Source: Botryllus schlosseri
Lineage: Eukaryota
Assembly (NCBI GenBank): GCA_051294905.1
Contig: CM119372.1
Span: forward strand, 15,502,001-15,566,000
Reading direction: 5' to 3'
Length of the DNA stretch: 64,000 bases
Below are positions 48,353-63,659 of the stretch, one piece after another. A program made the translations under genes and the position numbers. Within the stretch, counting starts at the first letter, position 1. Each line of letters begins with the position of its first letter. Below the pieces are notes generated by a model. That model was not told the origin of the DNA, made no database searches, and was given only the letters and a program-made list of their open reading frames with translations.

Positions 48353-51300
48353 GCGGTCAGCAAATAACGTAAGAAAGGTACAATCTGTGCGTCATTGCAC
48401 TGTAGAAATTACGACAACCCAAAATTCCGTAATAGCGTGCGTTATAGTTAGAGCTGGGCGTGTATACTCCATGGACTGGAAATCCGCCGGATTTAAAAAA
48501 ATTAACCGGATCTGGATCGGAGCCAGATTCATACTTTTTCTGATGTGGCCGGAGTACTTGTAACTAGTGTTCAGGGTATAGTCAGATCCGGCGGGCTATC
48601 GGAAGGATTATTCTATTCTTGAGCAGAGCCAGATTAGGGCCGATTTCCTACTTTTTTTCTGATACATTCGGAGCTGGATTCCTTTTTGAAGTAACAGGAT
48701 CGGACTGGACTTGGAAACTTGGGTATCCCCCCCGCACTAGCGCTAGTGGCTCTGAATCAATAAGGTATATACCTATTTAACATTGCGTAATGATACAGTC
48801 TCGCAAGTGTGATCAAACTAGAATGACCCAAACCAAAACATGCGGCCTCTGTTTAAGCAGTCAACGCAAACACAGACGACTCACGCATGTTGTTGGAAGT
48901 GATCATAAACTCATTCACGCCTTCCATGGATTCCACGCTACAATTCTTGAACAACGGAAATAACTTAATCTCGTCAGCAGTCGCATCAAATGAATAACAC
49001 ATGAACTTGATTTGTTGTCGAATTGGAGAAAACCGATTAATCACTACTTCGAATGATGAACGTCGCTCAGTGTTTTTATTCCTATTGATATGAGCCGATC
49101 TCAAATGATTAACACAGCTCCAGAATTATAATTTTCTGAGCGGAAGTTCGGTTACACCGTAGATCCACAAATGCGAATGCACTCAACGAACTTTTCGTCC
49201 TTATGGATTTGGTGATCACAAACATTGTGGTCAGTAAAAGTGAAAGCGTGGACCTACACGAAGTATAGCGAAACTTTAGTGACACATCGGGATGTCGTGG
49301 AACAAATAGAGATTACGCATGTAACACTCGGCTGACTCATCCCAATGGGGGACTGAAACGACTTATCTTTTATGACATAACAGTGGACATCCATGACGAC
49401 ACACGAATCTGTAAGTCCATTTGTAAGCTGCAAATAAAGAATAAAATGAATTGTGACTTTCTTGTGGATTATCATTTTAACTTTTCAATCCCCGACCCGT
49501 GTATTAGATTGTAGGTTAGAAGATAAAGAAAAGCGGCATCTTTTCGACATTCTATTTCGAAAGACATGAAAGTTACATGTGGTCGAATAGGTGTTGTAGG
49601 CTGCACACTTTAAATTTGTAATGCTTGATCTCTGCCTTTTTGATGCGAGATGCAGAGCGTACAATGTGTGCATGGCGTCACGCCGAAAACGGTGCCTATA
49701 TTCAGGAAACGTCAATCTTCCATAACATCAAACCTCGCACATCTTGATGTGACGTAAGTTAGTGCAAACCCAACAAAGTCGTACATTATACGCACACTGA
49801 CGGCATGACGATTACTCTAAAAGTAATGACATGGTTGTAGTACGTTATCCATGTAGAATTGCATACCGCGTTTGGCATTCATGGTATTTTCAATGATACA
49901 TAGGACTGTACTTTGTGCCCACTTTTCTGTGATCAGGTGCAAGTCCCATCACCATTTCTCCGTCACTGACTTTTCGGCGCATATGTTTTGCAACAAGTGG
50001 AATGCCCGTATATCGGTCACAGCGACCACAACGTTTGATAGGCAATTTCGAGAAATTAGATGTTAGCCAATGCCACCGAAGCAGAGCAGGTAAACAGAAT
50101 TCAGAAACTCCGTTCTCGGGGTGTCGATCGAATGCTTCACCGGACTTGTTAGCGATTGAACAGCGTTGACTTATTTGAGTGTTTCAATTTAGAACCAAAT
50201 TGAACCAATCATCATTCTCAATCGGCGTTTATCTTACTCTGTGTATATAGTTAATGACTAGTTTAATTCTTGTGGTTTCTTGGCGGAAAAGACGGTTGTA
50301 ATTGATTCCTGGTATAAACTTTGAAGCATTGTTATAAATACCATGCGCTTATGTGTTGTGCATGTGCATTGTGCAGTGTGCATGTGCACGTGCATGCATT
50401 GCATATACTAACGTCCTTTCGTACTCCATTTGTACTTACTCTAGCTTGTTAAGCCTTACTTGGATTAAAATGTGTTGTTCAATTTATAACGCGGTATAAT
50501 TCTGGGTTTTCCGTGTACCGCTGTTTTAAAGGATTGACGTGATAAAAAGTACACACAGACTCAGGCGTTTTCCAGGCGTCGCGTATCAAAATGCGATTTG
50601 AGTTATTAAAAGGCGACATGACTTGTCCCTTCGCGACATCACGCAGTTTACAACACAGAGACAAGTTGAATGGGCTACATCAATTGTTGATTTTCAGATT
50701 ACAGACTCTTGATCTCCCGGCACAATGGATTTCGACGGAAACATGCGGATTTAAGATATGGAATGCCGCCGTGATTACCAGGTCCGTAATCGCAGCCATC
50801 TTGCGGAGAAAAATCCGAAAACAAGGTGCTTATAAAACAATACTGAGTCACGCAAAAGCCAATTACTGGTATTTCTTGAGAAGGAGATTAGCGGGTTGTA
50901 CCCAAACATCAACCGGTTCGAAGAGGTTGACCTGCTTGCGCACTTGCTCAGTGTATTGACGGTACGGCCTAATCATGCCGTGCACGGAAATTCTGGCGTC
51001 TGAAGTTTTTGCCGATGAAAGAGTCAGTTGGCGCTATCCGCATATTCCTAAAGTCGAAGTTCAAAGCATGAGGAAATACCAAACTTCCATTTGGTAGAAA
51101 TCGCGTAATGCCCTTTCTGTAAACTGTTTGCTCGCACAAATCCCAATTAGCGAATCCTCTAATCCGTCCCGCATGCGTGCCTTAATGCTAGACGCACAAA
51201 ATGAACTCCATACAATAACTTCGCAAGGATGATTTTGATCGAGATGGCTGGAATGGAAGTGACGGTCCTATTCACGAATACGTAATGCTTCGCGAGTTAT

Positions 51301-51985
51301 TGGTACGTTAGACCAGTTTATTTATCGTATAGTCTTAGCAATGTTGATCCAACAACGACAACACAGAGTGCACACTTCCGCCGTGACACGGGAGGCGACT
51401 ATGCACATTGCACAAACGGCAAGCAATATACGACGCGCCCTTTATACGGATTTGTAAAATTCTACAGTATCTCTAATCTACCACATCATTACTGTGACTT
51501 TTATGAGGTGACATTTCTTTGAGAGATTATGCTCTGTATTGGTGGTTATATCTAACATTACATTTAGCATCGCGAAGTAGCCTATGTTTTTCTTGAGCCT
51601 ATTACGATTTGCTTATCTTCTTATCGTTACGATAATCGTTACGTGGACGGTCCGATTACACACCCTGTTCATTGTTTAGCAGCGTGAGAGAATACATGGC
51701 GTGGTCAGGCTATAGGAAACAATCGCCTGCAACTGTAGTCTGCTAAACTATGAGTGACAACAGAATAGTAGCTGCCTGTCGATTCGAATAGGAAGGCATT
51801 GGTCAGTGGTCAGTGGTCAGTTGTCACTGATAGTCACGTACTATCGCTTGTAATTTTGAAGGATTTGCCAACATTCGATAAGGTCACAATCGACCTCAAC
51901 ATAATTTACTCAGCATGTTGTCATGGCTCATGTTTACATATTTCAATACTTTAACTTGAAGAACATACCCCCAGAACTAAATAAG

Positions 51986-52268
51986 GTTTGTTTGTTTCTT
52001 TGATATTCATGGTGTTTCGACTTCATTGGTCATTTTACACCAGGCCGATACTCTTTATTTTTTATTCCGTATTCACCGACTTCTAGCACGGCCAACTTCT
52101 ATAGGCTTTTATGAGACACCGCATTACGCGGATCACGTGGCGAAGAGGAGCCTAGATAAACCTCCAACTCTCAGGCAGGAATTCTGGAGTCGACCTCGGT
52201 CGGACTCGAACCCGCAATCCATTGGTGTTGCAGCTGCGAGCCATACCAGCACGCAATCTTGCCATGCA
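51986..52268 (-). mobile_element. SINE family B, full copy
   Basis: Homologous to 11936-12199 and 29394-29665; B box GGTTCGAGTCC on the minus strand. Confidence 0.85.
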
Positions 52269-52601
52269 ACTCAATTAAGGTGTTGTATGCACATTTGCAC
52301 ATTGTACAAGGAATTATCGAATTTTATTGTACACAATGCGCATTAAACAGTACACACTACATCAGGGGTCGGGAACCTTTTTCGACAAAAGAGCCATATT
52401 GCCGGTATATTTTCAATTGTAATTCTCCAAGAGCCATATAACGATCTCGATCAACTGCTACGTCACAATTGAAGACTCGTGACGTCATGGTGCTGCGAAA
52501 TCGAAGTTCACGGCATGGAGTTCTTCATATGATGTTATAACACCCACAATAATCGAGCCGGATGCCCGATATTTGAGCATATACGAAACTACACGAGCGC
52601 T

Positions 52602-53583
52602 CAGGGGTGGGCAAACCACGGCCCGCGGTCCGCATGCGGCCCTCAACACCGTTTTGTGCGGCCCGCGAGAGTCTAAAGAAACTTATTGAAAATATTGATG
52701 CGTATTAAAAATCGTATTAATGCAGGGACTTCATTAAACTTTTTCTTAATACATTTCACCATAATAATTCTAAGACGGTGGTTGCCAAACGGAGGGACGC
52801 GCCCTCCTTAGGGGTAGTGAAAGCATCTGAAGGGGGCGCGAAGCTGAGCTCAACTGAAAACTTTTTCGCGCTCCGCGCGATTTACATACAATTCTAGGTA
52901 AATACTTCCTATATTACTTTTATATTCAATATCTGGCGCGACAGCCCGATCTCAAGGCCCACGCAGTTTGAAAGGTTTCAACTGTTAAACATCACAGAAA
53001 TCTTAAACGAGATTGACATAATTCGGATCACGAGTGTGATTTCAGATTGGCCACTCCAGTTTTAATTATTTCAGTGGTGTGCTTATAAAAACGATTCGCG
53101 CGTGTCTTAGGTAGACTCGTTCTCTGTATGCGTACAATTAAGGTATTTATATTTTATCTACACATAGTAGAAGCTTGTTTGAAGCTACCATGCTTATGAT
53201 GCTGTTAGCATTGTATGTCCTGGAACTGTACCAAAAGTGGAATTGGTAAAGCTATGAACAGATCGCTGTTCACAAATTTAAATTTCAATCCTGTCCTAAG
53301 AATCGGGACAACCGACTTTCATCTCTATAGTTTTGACAAATTGGTTATTGCGGTCGACCAGCCTATGAAATCTCGCCACTGTTTCTCTCGCTTGTACGAT
53401 ATCATCAAAGTAATGCTTGGTTTGTTTTAAATAAACATATATATTCGCTCCATGTCATCATTATATAATCAAATACCAATATTGCGTTTCGGTGTTGTAT
53501 AATCCAAATTTTATATAGTGCGGCCCGCGAATGAATTCAGATGTTGAATGCGGCCCGCGAGCTTAAAAGTTTGCCCACCCCTG
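52602..53583. mobile_element. hAT/Charlie-like non-autonomous element
   Basis: TIR CAGGGGTGGGCAAAC / GTTTGCCCACCCCTG, subterminal GCGGCCCGCGA; TSD not clear. Confidence 0.8.
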
Positions 53584-56500
53584 CGTTAGCGCCATGGGTC
53601 GGAAACCTTTTGCAAGGTACATATTTGATTGTATCTCCGTGAGGCCATATAATATTTTCGGACCTTGAGGATATTGCATGTGTACCAAATACAACAGTTG
53701 TAGACAACTGTAAAAAAGTGAATCAACGATATATTTTTCAGTAATAAGATTGTAACACTAAACGGCTTTCTATAAGGAAACCGTGCAGCACGCACGAAGG
53801 TAGCCAAAACCACAAGTTTATAGTTCCACTGCCAGTCATACACGGTACAACAAGCTCCTCCTAACTCGGATACTCGCTTCCGCGACGGCGAATATTATGA
53901 ACTGACATGATTTGGTTAACTTTACTACTAAATTCTCGCTGGTTTGATGTGCAACTACACAAACTTGGTATGTAACTAGACAGATTAAATTGTTCCGCTG
54001 CAGACACCTAAATCCCTCGAAGGTGTCATATTTGTGGTGTTATAGAAAAAACTAATATATTCGAATGATAAATGAGCATTGCGCAAGTATATCGGGAGGC
54101 AAATTCGTCATAAATTTATGGTTTTGAAACGGGGGTTCCGAGCCCCTAAAACCCTCTGAATACCTCGAATCGTAGGCAAAGGAACGATACCTCCAATATT
54201 TTGTAAAATGTTCGTATTTTAGGAGAGATATAATGAGCTTGACATTTTTCCTAATGTAAACAATTGAGTCTAACTATTCGCAATTATGAGAGAATGGGTA
54301 TATTCATAAGAACGCTTGCGGCATTTAGGATGCTTTGGTCCAGGGTCGTGCAGCCGACAAAGTCGAACTAATATGCACCGGCCCTTCGGGGCCAAACAAC
54401 TCCGCACGATAACACACCTAGACATTTACAGTTTCGGCGAACATGCGACTTCGCGAAGTACGCTCTCGGGGAGATTGATGGCGATAGCACCGTGGCAGAA
54501 AATGAGCGACGCTCGTTGTTTGGCCGAAGTCTTCGACATTGATAAGTCAAGGTGCAGAAATTGCCGGCGCCGAATAGTCACGTCCTTGCAATCTGAGCCC
54601 TGCAGTACAAGCAACGTGCGGAGGAAAATATTGCACCCAGTGAAAGAATGCTAATTTGTAATTGCATGCGTCTCACCAATGGAGTTCTTCGTTTAGTTTG
54701 GTCTGGTACGTGTGCGCGATTCTTAATTTTTCCAAGAAGCGACAAGAGTCTATAGCTCTACCATTCGATCACAATACATATATGCGTAAGTATCAATAAT
54801 ATTGACCAGATTTATTTAATACATTTGAAAAGAAATGCACACTGACATTTTTTGCATTAATATTAGGAATTCTTGTACGTGGTAAGCCAATAAAAATAAA
54901 TATATAACGTTCGGAGTTCGTCATCACCAAATTCATATCGTTCGTGAATCGCGTAATACCACATTTAATTCGCAACGGAAAGGGTGTATATGTCTGTGTT
55001 ATGTAGTCTATGCAACAATGAAATGTGAGGGTCAATGCGCATGACTCGCCCAAGTCATCTGTCTCGACACATTCTATATGACTGATAATTGAAAAATATA
55101 CCCAGAAATTGCCTTTCATCTGTTTGAATAAACATGTTTAGAGTGAGAAAAATGAGCAAATTTGAATCCGAGGAGTTCGATATCACCCAAGAGCTTCAGA
55201 GAAGTGGGTTGAACCGGCATTGAACTCGATATTCAACAGCAAACAAGGTGACTTGGACACAGACTTCAGCCTTAAAACTATGAATCGGACTGGACTATTG
55301 CTCCCTGACTTGAAATCGGACTTGACTCGGGGGTAAATTGAAAACGACTCGACTTGAATCGAGTCCTATTCTATAAAAGTCAAATTGACTTATGTAAATC
55401 GGAGCCTTGTGACTTGGTTTCGACCCTGAGGGTGTATATGGATCGTATGTGTGAAGGCTAGTGATTAAATTGCACTTAGAGGGATGGGCAGATCTAGTGG
55501 GCGCCTCCGAGGGGTCTCCTTAACCCGTAAAGAAATCTCTCCGGCTCCAATTTATTATTTGACTACGTCCTTGGAACACACCGCTGACTTTACCCCAGTT
55601 ATACTTGTCTCAGCTACCACATGGATAATGATTCCGGCTGTTACGAAAATGTACAATAAAACATTGTAGATAAACAATTGAACATGATGCGAATTATGTG
55701 CGAAATTGCAAATTTATCAAAGATTCATATCATATTATCGAAAGATTCATATATGGCCCGCAAGCAAAGTGTCATACTGACATGCAAACCAACGTTCATA
55801 ATTATTATAAGCCGCGTAACTAAGCTTGGCAGACACCGAGCGAGGTCAACGAATTATAATTTCAGGTCCAGGTTAGAAGTACAAGCACAATTTAAAATTG
55901 TTAATTCCGCTTAATGAAAATGTTGTCCACCATATGAAAAGCATTCATAAAGCCTAGAGTCAAAACTAATAAGCGCATATCCACGCAGACACGGTCAACG
56001 ATATAGCAATTATGCAGAGGCAGGCTATCGTGGTAAATATTTGAATTCGAGCCCGCGACCACCATTTGTTTGTATCAGTATATTTTACTTCTCTTGAAAT
56101 CAGGAAAAATCCTAACGGCAATAATTAAAATGTTTCCCTTGGCATTTAGGTGGCCGCCTCGAATGAGAATAATCACGGTCACTGTGCTTTTCACTAATTA
56201 TGCATTTCCCTCCCATCTATTATATGTCACTCTCCATCGCCGATTTCCTCAGCGTGATATTTTTAGTTTATAAAGATCGGTGTGAATGCCATTTTCTCGT
56301 TTAATTCCTGGAATGTAAATTAGACACCGTCAGCTCAACAACCTTTTCAACGAGCAAAAGCAGTCGTGTCGAGTAATATAAAACTGTTTATTGATATCTA
56401 TAAAAATGCACTTCGTGTTCGCAGATAGACTTGTCCTGTAGTTAAAACGCAGAAACAGTATCCCTTTTGACACACATTCATAACAGCACAGTACATGAAA

Positions 56501-59500
56501 GTATGGTGAATGTCCAATTATTAATGACAAAATAGGTGTGTCTAGAAGAGCTGCGCCCCATGACAGTGTCTAATGTGAATTGCTGCCCATAAAACATTAG
56601 TTGCTTCCGATTCAGTCAATCGAAAATGAATTATAGAAAAGTATTGGCGACGAAATGTTATGGACGGATCATACCGATTATACAACAAAGCAAAGAGTTT
56701 TCAAGATTGAGAACTAGGGACGCAATGCTGGACCCATATGACGCAATTCTGCCCCCGTAGGACGCGATCATGAATGAAGTCTTGAAAGCGGCGTGAATAG
56801 ACCATCCTCAAAAGGAAAACCAAGTGAATTGCAGAACAATGGTGCTGATTCCGTTTCGTGACTGAGGTTTGACCATAGCGATATTGAGACTGAGACGATC
56901 ATTTCGCTTGGGATCCATTATTCGTACCGATTATGTAACGCTGATCACCCTACTCCATTCCAATGGCAGTGTGTTCTAGAGTCTAGACCGCTAAGTTATG
57001 GAAATGTAGCCGATCACTTCCCACAACATGCACAGTCGCTCAATCATAATATGGAACATCCATTGCGTGTGAAGCGGTGATTCGTCACATACCGTTATTT
57101 AGATTTCACCTCAATTAATCGGATCAGAAAAGCGGAGTGATATCGCTGACAGTCTTGCTCGCCGAAGGATTACTACATAGCAGAACATCGCCAGCGCAAA
57201 ACACACACTTCCACGTGACCCAAGATTACTCGAGAATCCTACCGTATATTCTATCGCGCGAGGATAAGAAGGATTAAAATTACTGTGATAATACGGCCTC
57301 TCTCGTAATAGGTGATTTGAAAACAAGTTCACGACTCTACATATTTGTGTGCAAGTGTCGAATTGGAAGGTCGCTAGTGTTTTAACTGGAAGATATCAAG
57401 TAGATTTAGCTTACCAAAGTGGCAATGCCAAAACATCTCCTCAACTTGGAAACATGCTTTGTTTAAAGTTTATACTATTGTATAGAACTAAGAAGGTGTC
57501 GAAGCACAAATCTGATATCGTCATATGGCAGACGTGCCAATATTGTAAACGGGAATTCACGCCGAAGCCAAGTCACTGCGAATAAATGTAGTGCTGTCCA
57601 TGGCATCGATATACGCAGAATCGTCAGAATGTAGGTTTAGAAGGTCAAAGAAATATAATATGATATTTTGTGATTTGATAACGTATTCGCAGTGACCTAT
57701 GCCGTATTCACAGACAAGTCATAACAAAAGATTGGAAATTTCCAGAATGTGCAATTCAGTGTAATAATTTAAATTCATGTTATTAGATCATGTTCGATTC
57801 CTCACTAATAAAGATTACATCTTTTAATGACTCTCGCACTAGTATCCTGGGAAGGCATAAGGCAACGAAAACCCATTGAAAAGGTTCCAACTATGAAGTA
57901 TAGAATATACGACAGAGTAATTTTAAGAGGTGAGAATATGGCCGGAATAAGGCATACGTAATGAGTACACTGTATGTATTCGATACAGAGTACGAACACG
58001 TGGTTCAAAAAACACCAGCAGATGACTTCGATACCGACGAGAATAATTACACGAATGAAAACATTCATCATATGACCTTACTAACTTACAGTCCAGCACA
58101 GTCGTATGCCCTCGCGAACGTAAGTGGGCTCTTATGACATATAATAGAATTAAATAATAATAATTCATGCACAGTCGTAATTGTCTGTGCACTCCGGTAT
58201 ATACTTATCATATATTGTGTATAGCTATCGTTAACATAGAATAATTCGTGCGATCTAACTGTACTTATGCTTTTAAACAGTGAAGTAAATGCGAAATAAG
58301 ATCGCACTTAATATCACGGAAATCACGGATTCAAGTCTGCTTCCTTCTTGTAAACGATATCAATTTTTACTTTACGTTTAAAAATTGCTTGGCGATTTCC
58401 GGACAATGTCGAATCTGCGGTGGCATTAATGGGATTTGCAGATAACGTGGTAGAAACGAGGACTTTGATTCAATATAGCGTAACTCCTCTAAACCAAACC
58501 TCCCAAATATCGGGTGACTCAGATGAGGTTTAGAATGCGCGTTATCAGATCAAAGCAGCTTCGGCTAGTCATTACTGCGACACGTGATGACCTTCAGTCT
58601 GACTGAAACGCATAGATAACCGCAAATCATTTCGGACAACGCCTTCTAATGTCGTCACGATTTCATTGATGCGGCAGCGTATCATGTGATTTGGGCGCAT
58701 TTCGGGGTCCTCGACTCATCTCAACGCTATTTCTACTCGATTTTTGACTTACGTCGCACCGGCATCAGCCATCCAGCAGCTCATACCTCGAGAGGAAAAC
58801 TGGTTTTATTACATCATTATAGAGTGTATAGGTCTCAGTGTCGGCAACAAGCATCGCTTCTGCTCCGTCGATATTTTATGCCTTTGACACCGCGACGTAC
58901 TATTACGACGCAGTGCCATAAACATTTTCGCATGGTTATGTACTTTAGGTATATTTTTCCAGATACGATTTTTCCGCACCCGCCTTTAAAGTTTTATATG
59001 AATGGGGAGTCAAGCATAGGCGCATAGCTCAAATGTATTAGGGCCTAACTCCAGGTCACAATATTAGTTTTTAAATGATATGACGATTGCGAGTTTTCAA
59101 CGCAACCTGGCAGTTCTATAGTGTCCCATAAACGCGTAAGCAGCCCCTTTCGCGTGTGAAATCCGTCCAGCGCGTTAATATTAGCATAAGATGACAGATA
59201 AGCATTCGAATTCTCGAAATTCTGATGATAAACGGATGGTGCGGCACCTGCTTCCAACTGCTTCGTCTCCAGATTACGATTCGGAGAACGCTAAAATGAT
59301 TGTATCTGGTATCAATTCACTGCGTATAATGAGGTCTTGATTATAACCTTAGCTTTGAGAACAAATCAAAACAATTTTTCAAACGGTGCAAACAATGCAG
59401 ATATAGCCACCTGTAGGTTGAGAATAGAATTCATGGGATGAGCGTGAGCCTTAAAATATAACTCCATCTGCGTCATGTTGAACATGGATATATAGTAGAC

Positions 59501-62500
59501 CTGTTCAATTGAAAAAGAATGGCGAGAGAAGATAGCCGACTTGCTGCTATGGATCACGAGCGTACGAACGAAAATTGCTGCGACGCCGTACTTTCCTAAT
59601 ATCCGTGTTGTTTGTATATTAGCATCACCTAAATGCTAGCAGTTCGCACATATTAAATAACATATCCACTTAACTATCAAGTTCAGAGACGCGTATCGCG
59701 GATTTTTAAACCGTCAGTATTTGTCCTGTTTTAGTGCCTTGCTGCCCGTAATTATGAGAAATGAGCAGTACGAGGATAATGCTATATTTAGGTGGTTTGA
59801 TGTCGTGATATGTATAATGTTAATCAATGAAAAACAGGTATCTACGAGAACTGTAATCGCTAAAGCCACATATCAACTGTCATGCAACATATTTTATATA
59901 AAACTGGCATTGAGCTCACTGGTAATAAGTTATATAACCAATTAGCCTTTGATACAATATACGCCCAGCAGTATAACATAACTACACGTAACGGAAAAGA
60001 TGAAATGATTATTAATATCAATATTATGGAAATAATCGTTTTAGTTATCCTTGTCGCAACTAATGAGGAATTTTGCACTATAAGGTACATTCAAATACGG
60101 GAAATGTAAACCGAACAAAACATGAAAGCATTGGTTGGATTTGGAAATTGGTATGTCTTAAAAATTGCTATCAACGGCACCATCGTTGAACATAGTCGGT
60201 AATCTAGTCGGCGCCATCGTCAGTTCATATAATTAACCTTTGTAAATACCCAGCATTCTCGTACCCCATGTGAAGATGTCTTGCAACACCCGGAACAGGT
60301 AGTCAGCCAGCTTAAGAGCATCATTTGGTTGATGAAATAAGCAAGACGCGAATCCCACCGCACAAACACTTGACGCTACCAGTCAAGTTTTTTTTACCGT
60401 ATGTGGCATGTTGAGTGTGCGGAGGATAAAGATAAAAAGAAATCAATTGCGGCATCGCGTGAAAATACACTGGCGAAAAGAAATGTAAATTAGAAATGAG
60501 ACTTCGCTATTATTTGCGACCATAAAGGCAAGGATGATTTTGAGAATTAATACGTTGTTAGCGACACGTACCGAAAATACGAAACGTGACCGAGTGTCGA
60601 AAGATTCCAAATCGCATTTGGAGTTGCAAGATTCAACCTGTCGAATTCCCGATGAGTAATGGCACCGATATTGTATGATCACGGGCAGAATTCACGTTCG
60701 CAATGGAGGCGCATAGGATGAAGATTGCTGGGATCATCATGCGTCTTTAGACTAAAATATAGGATGTCCATGGCCGCACACTTGAGGCGAATTCACACAT
60801 ACACGGTTCGCACGGTAAATTCACGCGTAAATTCACACATTCACGACTCGCGATTATACGCGATCACTGTACGGTAGTCGTGCGACGACCAACCGGGCGT
60901 ATATTCACAATGCCGCGGTCGTTCAACCACGGTTGCAAGCGTTTCCAGTGATTCCATTCCTGTTTGCTATGTCTCTTTTTCAACATATTGATGCATGATA
61001 TAAAAAACCCAGGTGGTTAGTAGTAGCCTACTTTTTCAATTGGTTTTGTTTGATATCACACTTATAGAAGAACCTCACCCCGGAATTTACCCTCTGTAGT
61101 GACGAATCTACTTCAAGTACGGAGCATAATATAAATGCTAATATGTAGGTAGTCTTATGCAAGATTCCTATACGGTGTATAATTGTATGATGATGCGTTC
61201 CACAGCTGTTGATGAAGATTATTTGTCATTGCAGCACATTCGCCTCCTACAACATAGATCATTTGAACTTGTACTAATTCTATTGTTAAATGACACTACT
61301 TAGTGGTAAATGTCAACAAAATACATCAACGTCATATATATTTAATTGTATATTTACCAAGGCATGACATCACTTGCATATATTTTATAATACTGTATAG
61401 TTGTATACACAATGCGTGCTTCCGTTTCCGAAAATGTCGTAATGTTTTGCTATTATCTAATTTGGTTAAGAAGAATCTTTAGAGGCAACACGCGCGAGTT
61501 TTCCAAATACGTTAGCGATAATAATCTGATTAAACGTAGTGGCTTTTCTTGGTGGTTTTTGAATTGGAGTTATTGTGATCATAAACCTCGCAATTATATA
61601 ATTATTATGAGCTGGTCGGCCCGATAGCGATTTTCCTTATATGATAGGTATCCCCGTCATTTATACTCTCTTCGTATTAGGTGGTTTCTTGTGATACATG
61701 ATAAAAGTGCTATAGCAATAGTTCAGTAATTTCCTCAATTGAAAAGACAATGCAGTATAATAATGAGTATCTGCTATGTGTTGTTAGTACGACAAACAGC
61801 AAAGGTCGTCAAAATATCCATATAGAGAAAATAGCCACAAGAATATGCAATGCGGTGAACAATGTTAAAAAGAGCGATATCCTTTTTGATCCCCAGAAAG
61901 GGCAAAAAACTTACACACCAGCAAAATCAAACAAAGTAAAGTCAAACTAATACCGTTTTGTGATATCAAAATGGGCCGAAGGAGAAAATGTATCATATGG
62001 TTATTATACGCAGTGTACACTTTAATTTTCTAACGCTCCAAAACAGGATTTCGTTTATGAAGATGACATTTATTGCCGTGATTAAACGTACCTGATCTCT
62101 CCAAAACTCAGGATTATTTGCCCGCAAATGCACGAACGAGGACTTGAAATTTATCAAAGATTTAACTGGTCACGAACTTGCACATATTGTGCAGCAGTAT
62201 TTTCATGACGATGGTTACATTCGAGTCGAATTTTTTCCGTGTATACTCCTAGATATAAATGGTTAGCATCAATGCGATGTACTTTGTACGGTATGGCGTC
62301 GGGTTACCCAACAGTGAAAAAAAATCAAACTCAACTTTGACATATCCCTGGACATACGGTAGTCAAATTTGTAAAATAATCACGATGCCCGATAGTTATA
62401 TATATATAATCTTTCAAGACGATTCCAAGGACGGCAAACAAATCCAAATCAATTTTACAGGATTGTCGGAGTGCCAGATAATTTAGTATTAAGAGAAGGT

Positions 62501-63169
62501 TTTGCACAGACTTGTCTCACGCGGAGGAACAATACTATTTGCATTTGTAGTCTGTTATAAATTAGGAAGAATCAGACAAAACGCGTGCAAGGCAAGCATT
62601 TAGTTTCATGAGTGGGAAAATATCACATATAACTTTACAATGTAGATTTGTCAGGGTACGGTCTAGTATAAATAGTGCAATGGATGAACATGACAGAATA
62701 ATAGTGAACTTTATTGTTATAAAAAGCATAGCCTCACAACACTTGATTCACAAAAAAGGGATATTCAAAGTTTTTGTTTTACTGTTGGTATTTTTGCGGT
62801 GCTATCAATCGTCAAAATGACACCATTTGTCACCTATTCATGAATTTCGATTATAAACAATAAAGCTTCTATCTGCCGATTCGATCTGAAGTCTGCAATA
62901 AACGTGAACCCCGGGTTTCATTTGACCATATGCAGTACACGTCGTGACACTGTGCATCACAAAGAAACTTCGTCATAGCAATTCCAGATCCCGTTTCGCT
63001 CAATGCTACAAATGCCCTTGCTTATTTCCACTGCGTGGGATATTATAATATACCAAATAACACCTGCCAATGTGCAATAATTCCACACTAGCAGTATTAA
63101 CGCATCATTTGTTCAACAACTACAAACCTTTTCGAACTGGTTCAAAAGTTATGCCTGTGAAGACATTAA

Positions 63170-63659
63170 AGGGGCACTGCGCTCTAAAAATGATGTGGTC
63201 TCAAATTGAAGGTAAAAACGAACAAAAATTTTTGGCCGCAGCCATTTCCTTCAGAACGCCACAGTAATGGAGCTGCAATTTATTGAAATTTCTACAAGAC
63301 CAGCTGCCGCGGCTGCTTAACCCGTTACATGGCACGATATCCTCACCGTCACACTTGCTCGACGCGATTAGGCAGTCACGCAGAGAACGAATTTTAGATA
63401 GTTGTCAGCCGATGTTATGAAGGAAATGTGTCCAAGTTTCGTTCTCTGCGTGACTGCCTTTTCGCGTCGAACAAGTGCGACGATGAAGACATTGTGCCCT
63501 GTAACGGGTTAAGCAGCCGCGGCAGCTGGTCTTGTAGAAATTTCAATAAATTGCAGCTCCATTACGGTGGCGTTCTGAAGGAAATGGCTGCGGCCTAAAA
63601 TTTTTGTTCGTTTTTACCTTCAATTTGAGACCACATCATTTTTAGAGCGCAGTGCTCCT
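63170..63659. mobile_element. palindromic MITE, Kolobok-like
   Basis: TTAA on both sides (63166-63169, 63660-63663), termini AGGGGCACTGCGCTCT / AGAGCGCAGTGCTCCT, ~225-bp arms nearly fully complementary around a ~40-bp spacer. Confidence 0.9.

Noticed and set aside
57805..58071. Hydrophobic 88-aa ORF as a membrane protein exon
   Set aside because: AT-rich DNA gives such composition by chance; no convincing splice sites or motifs.
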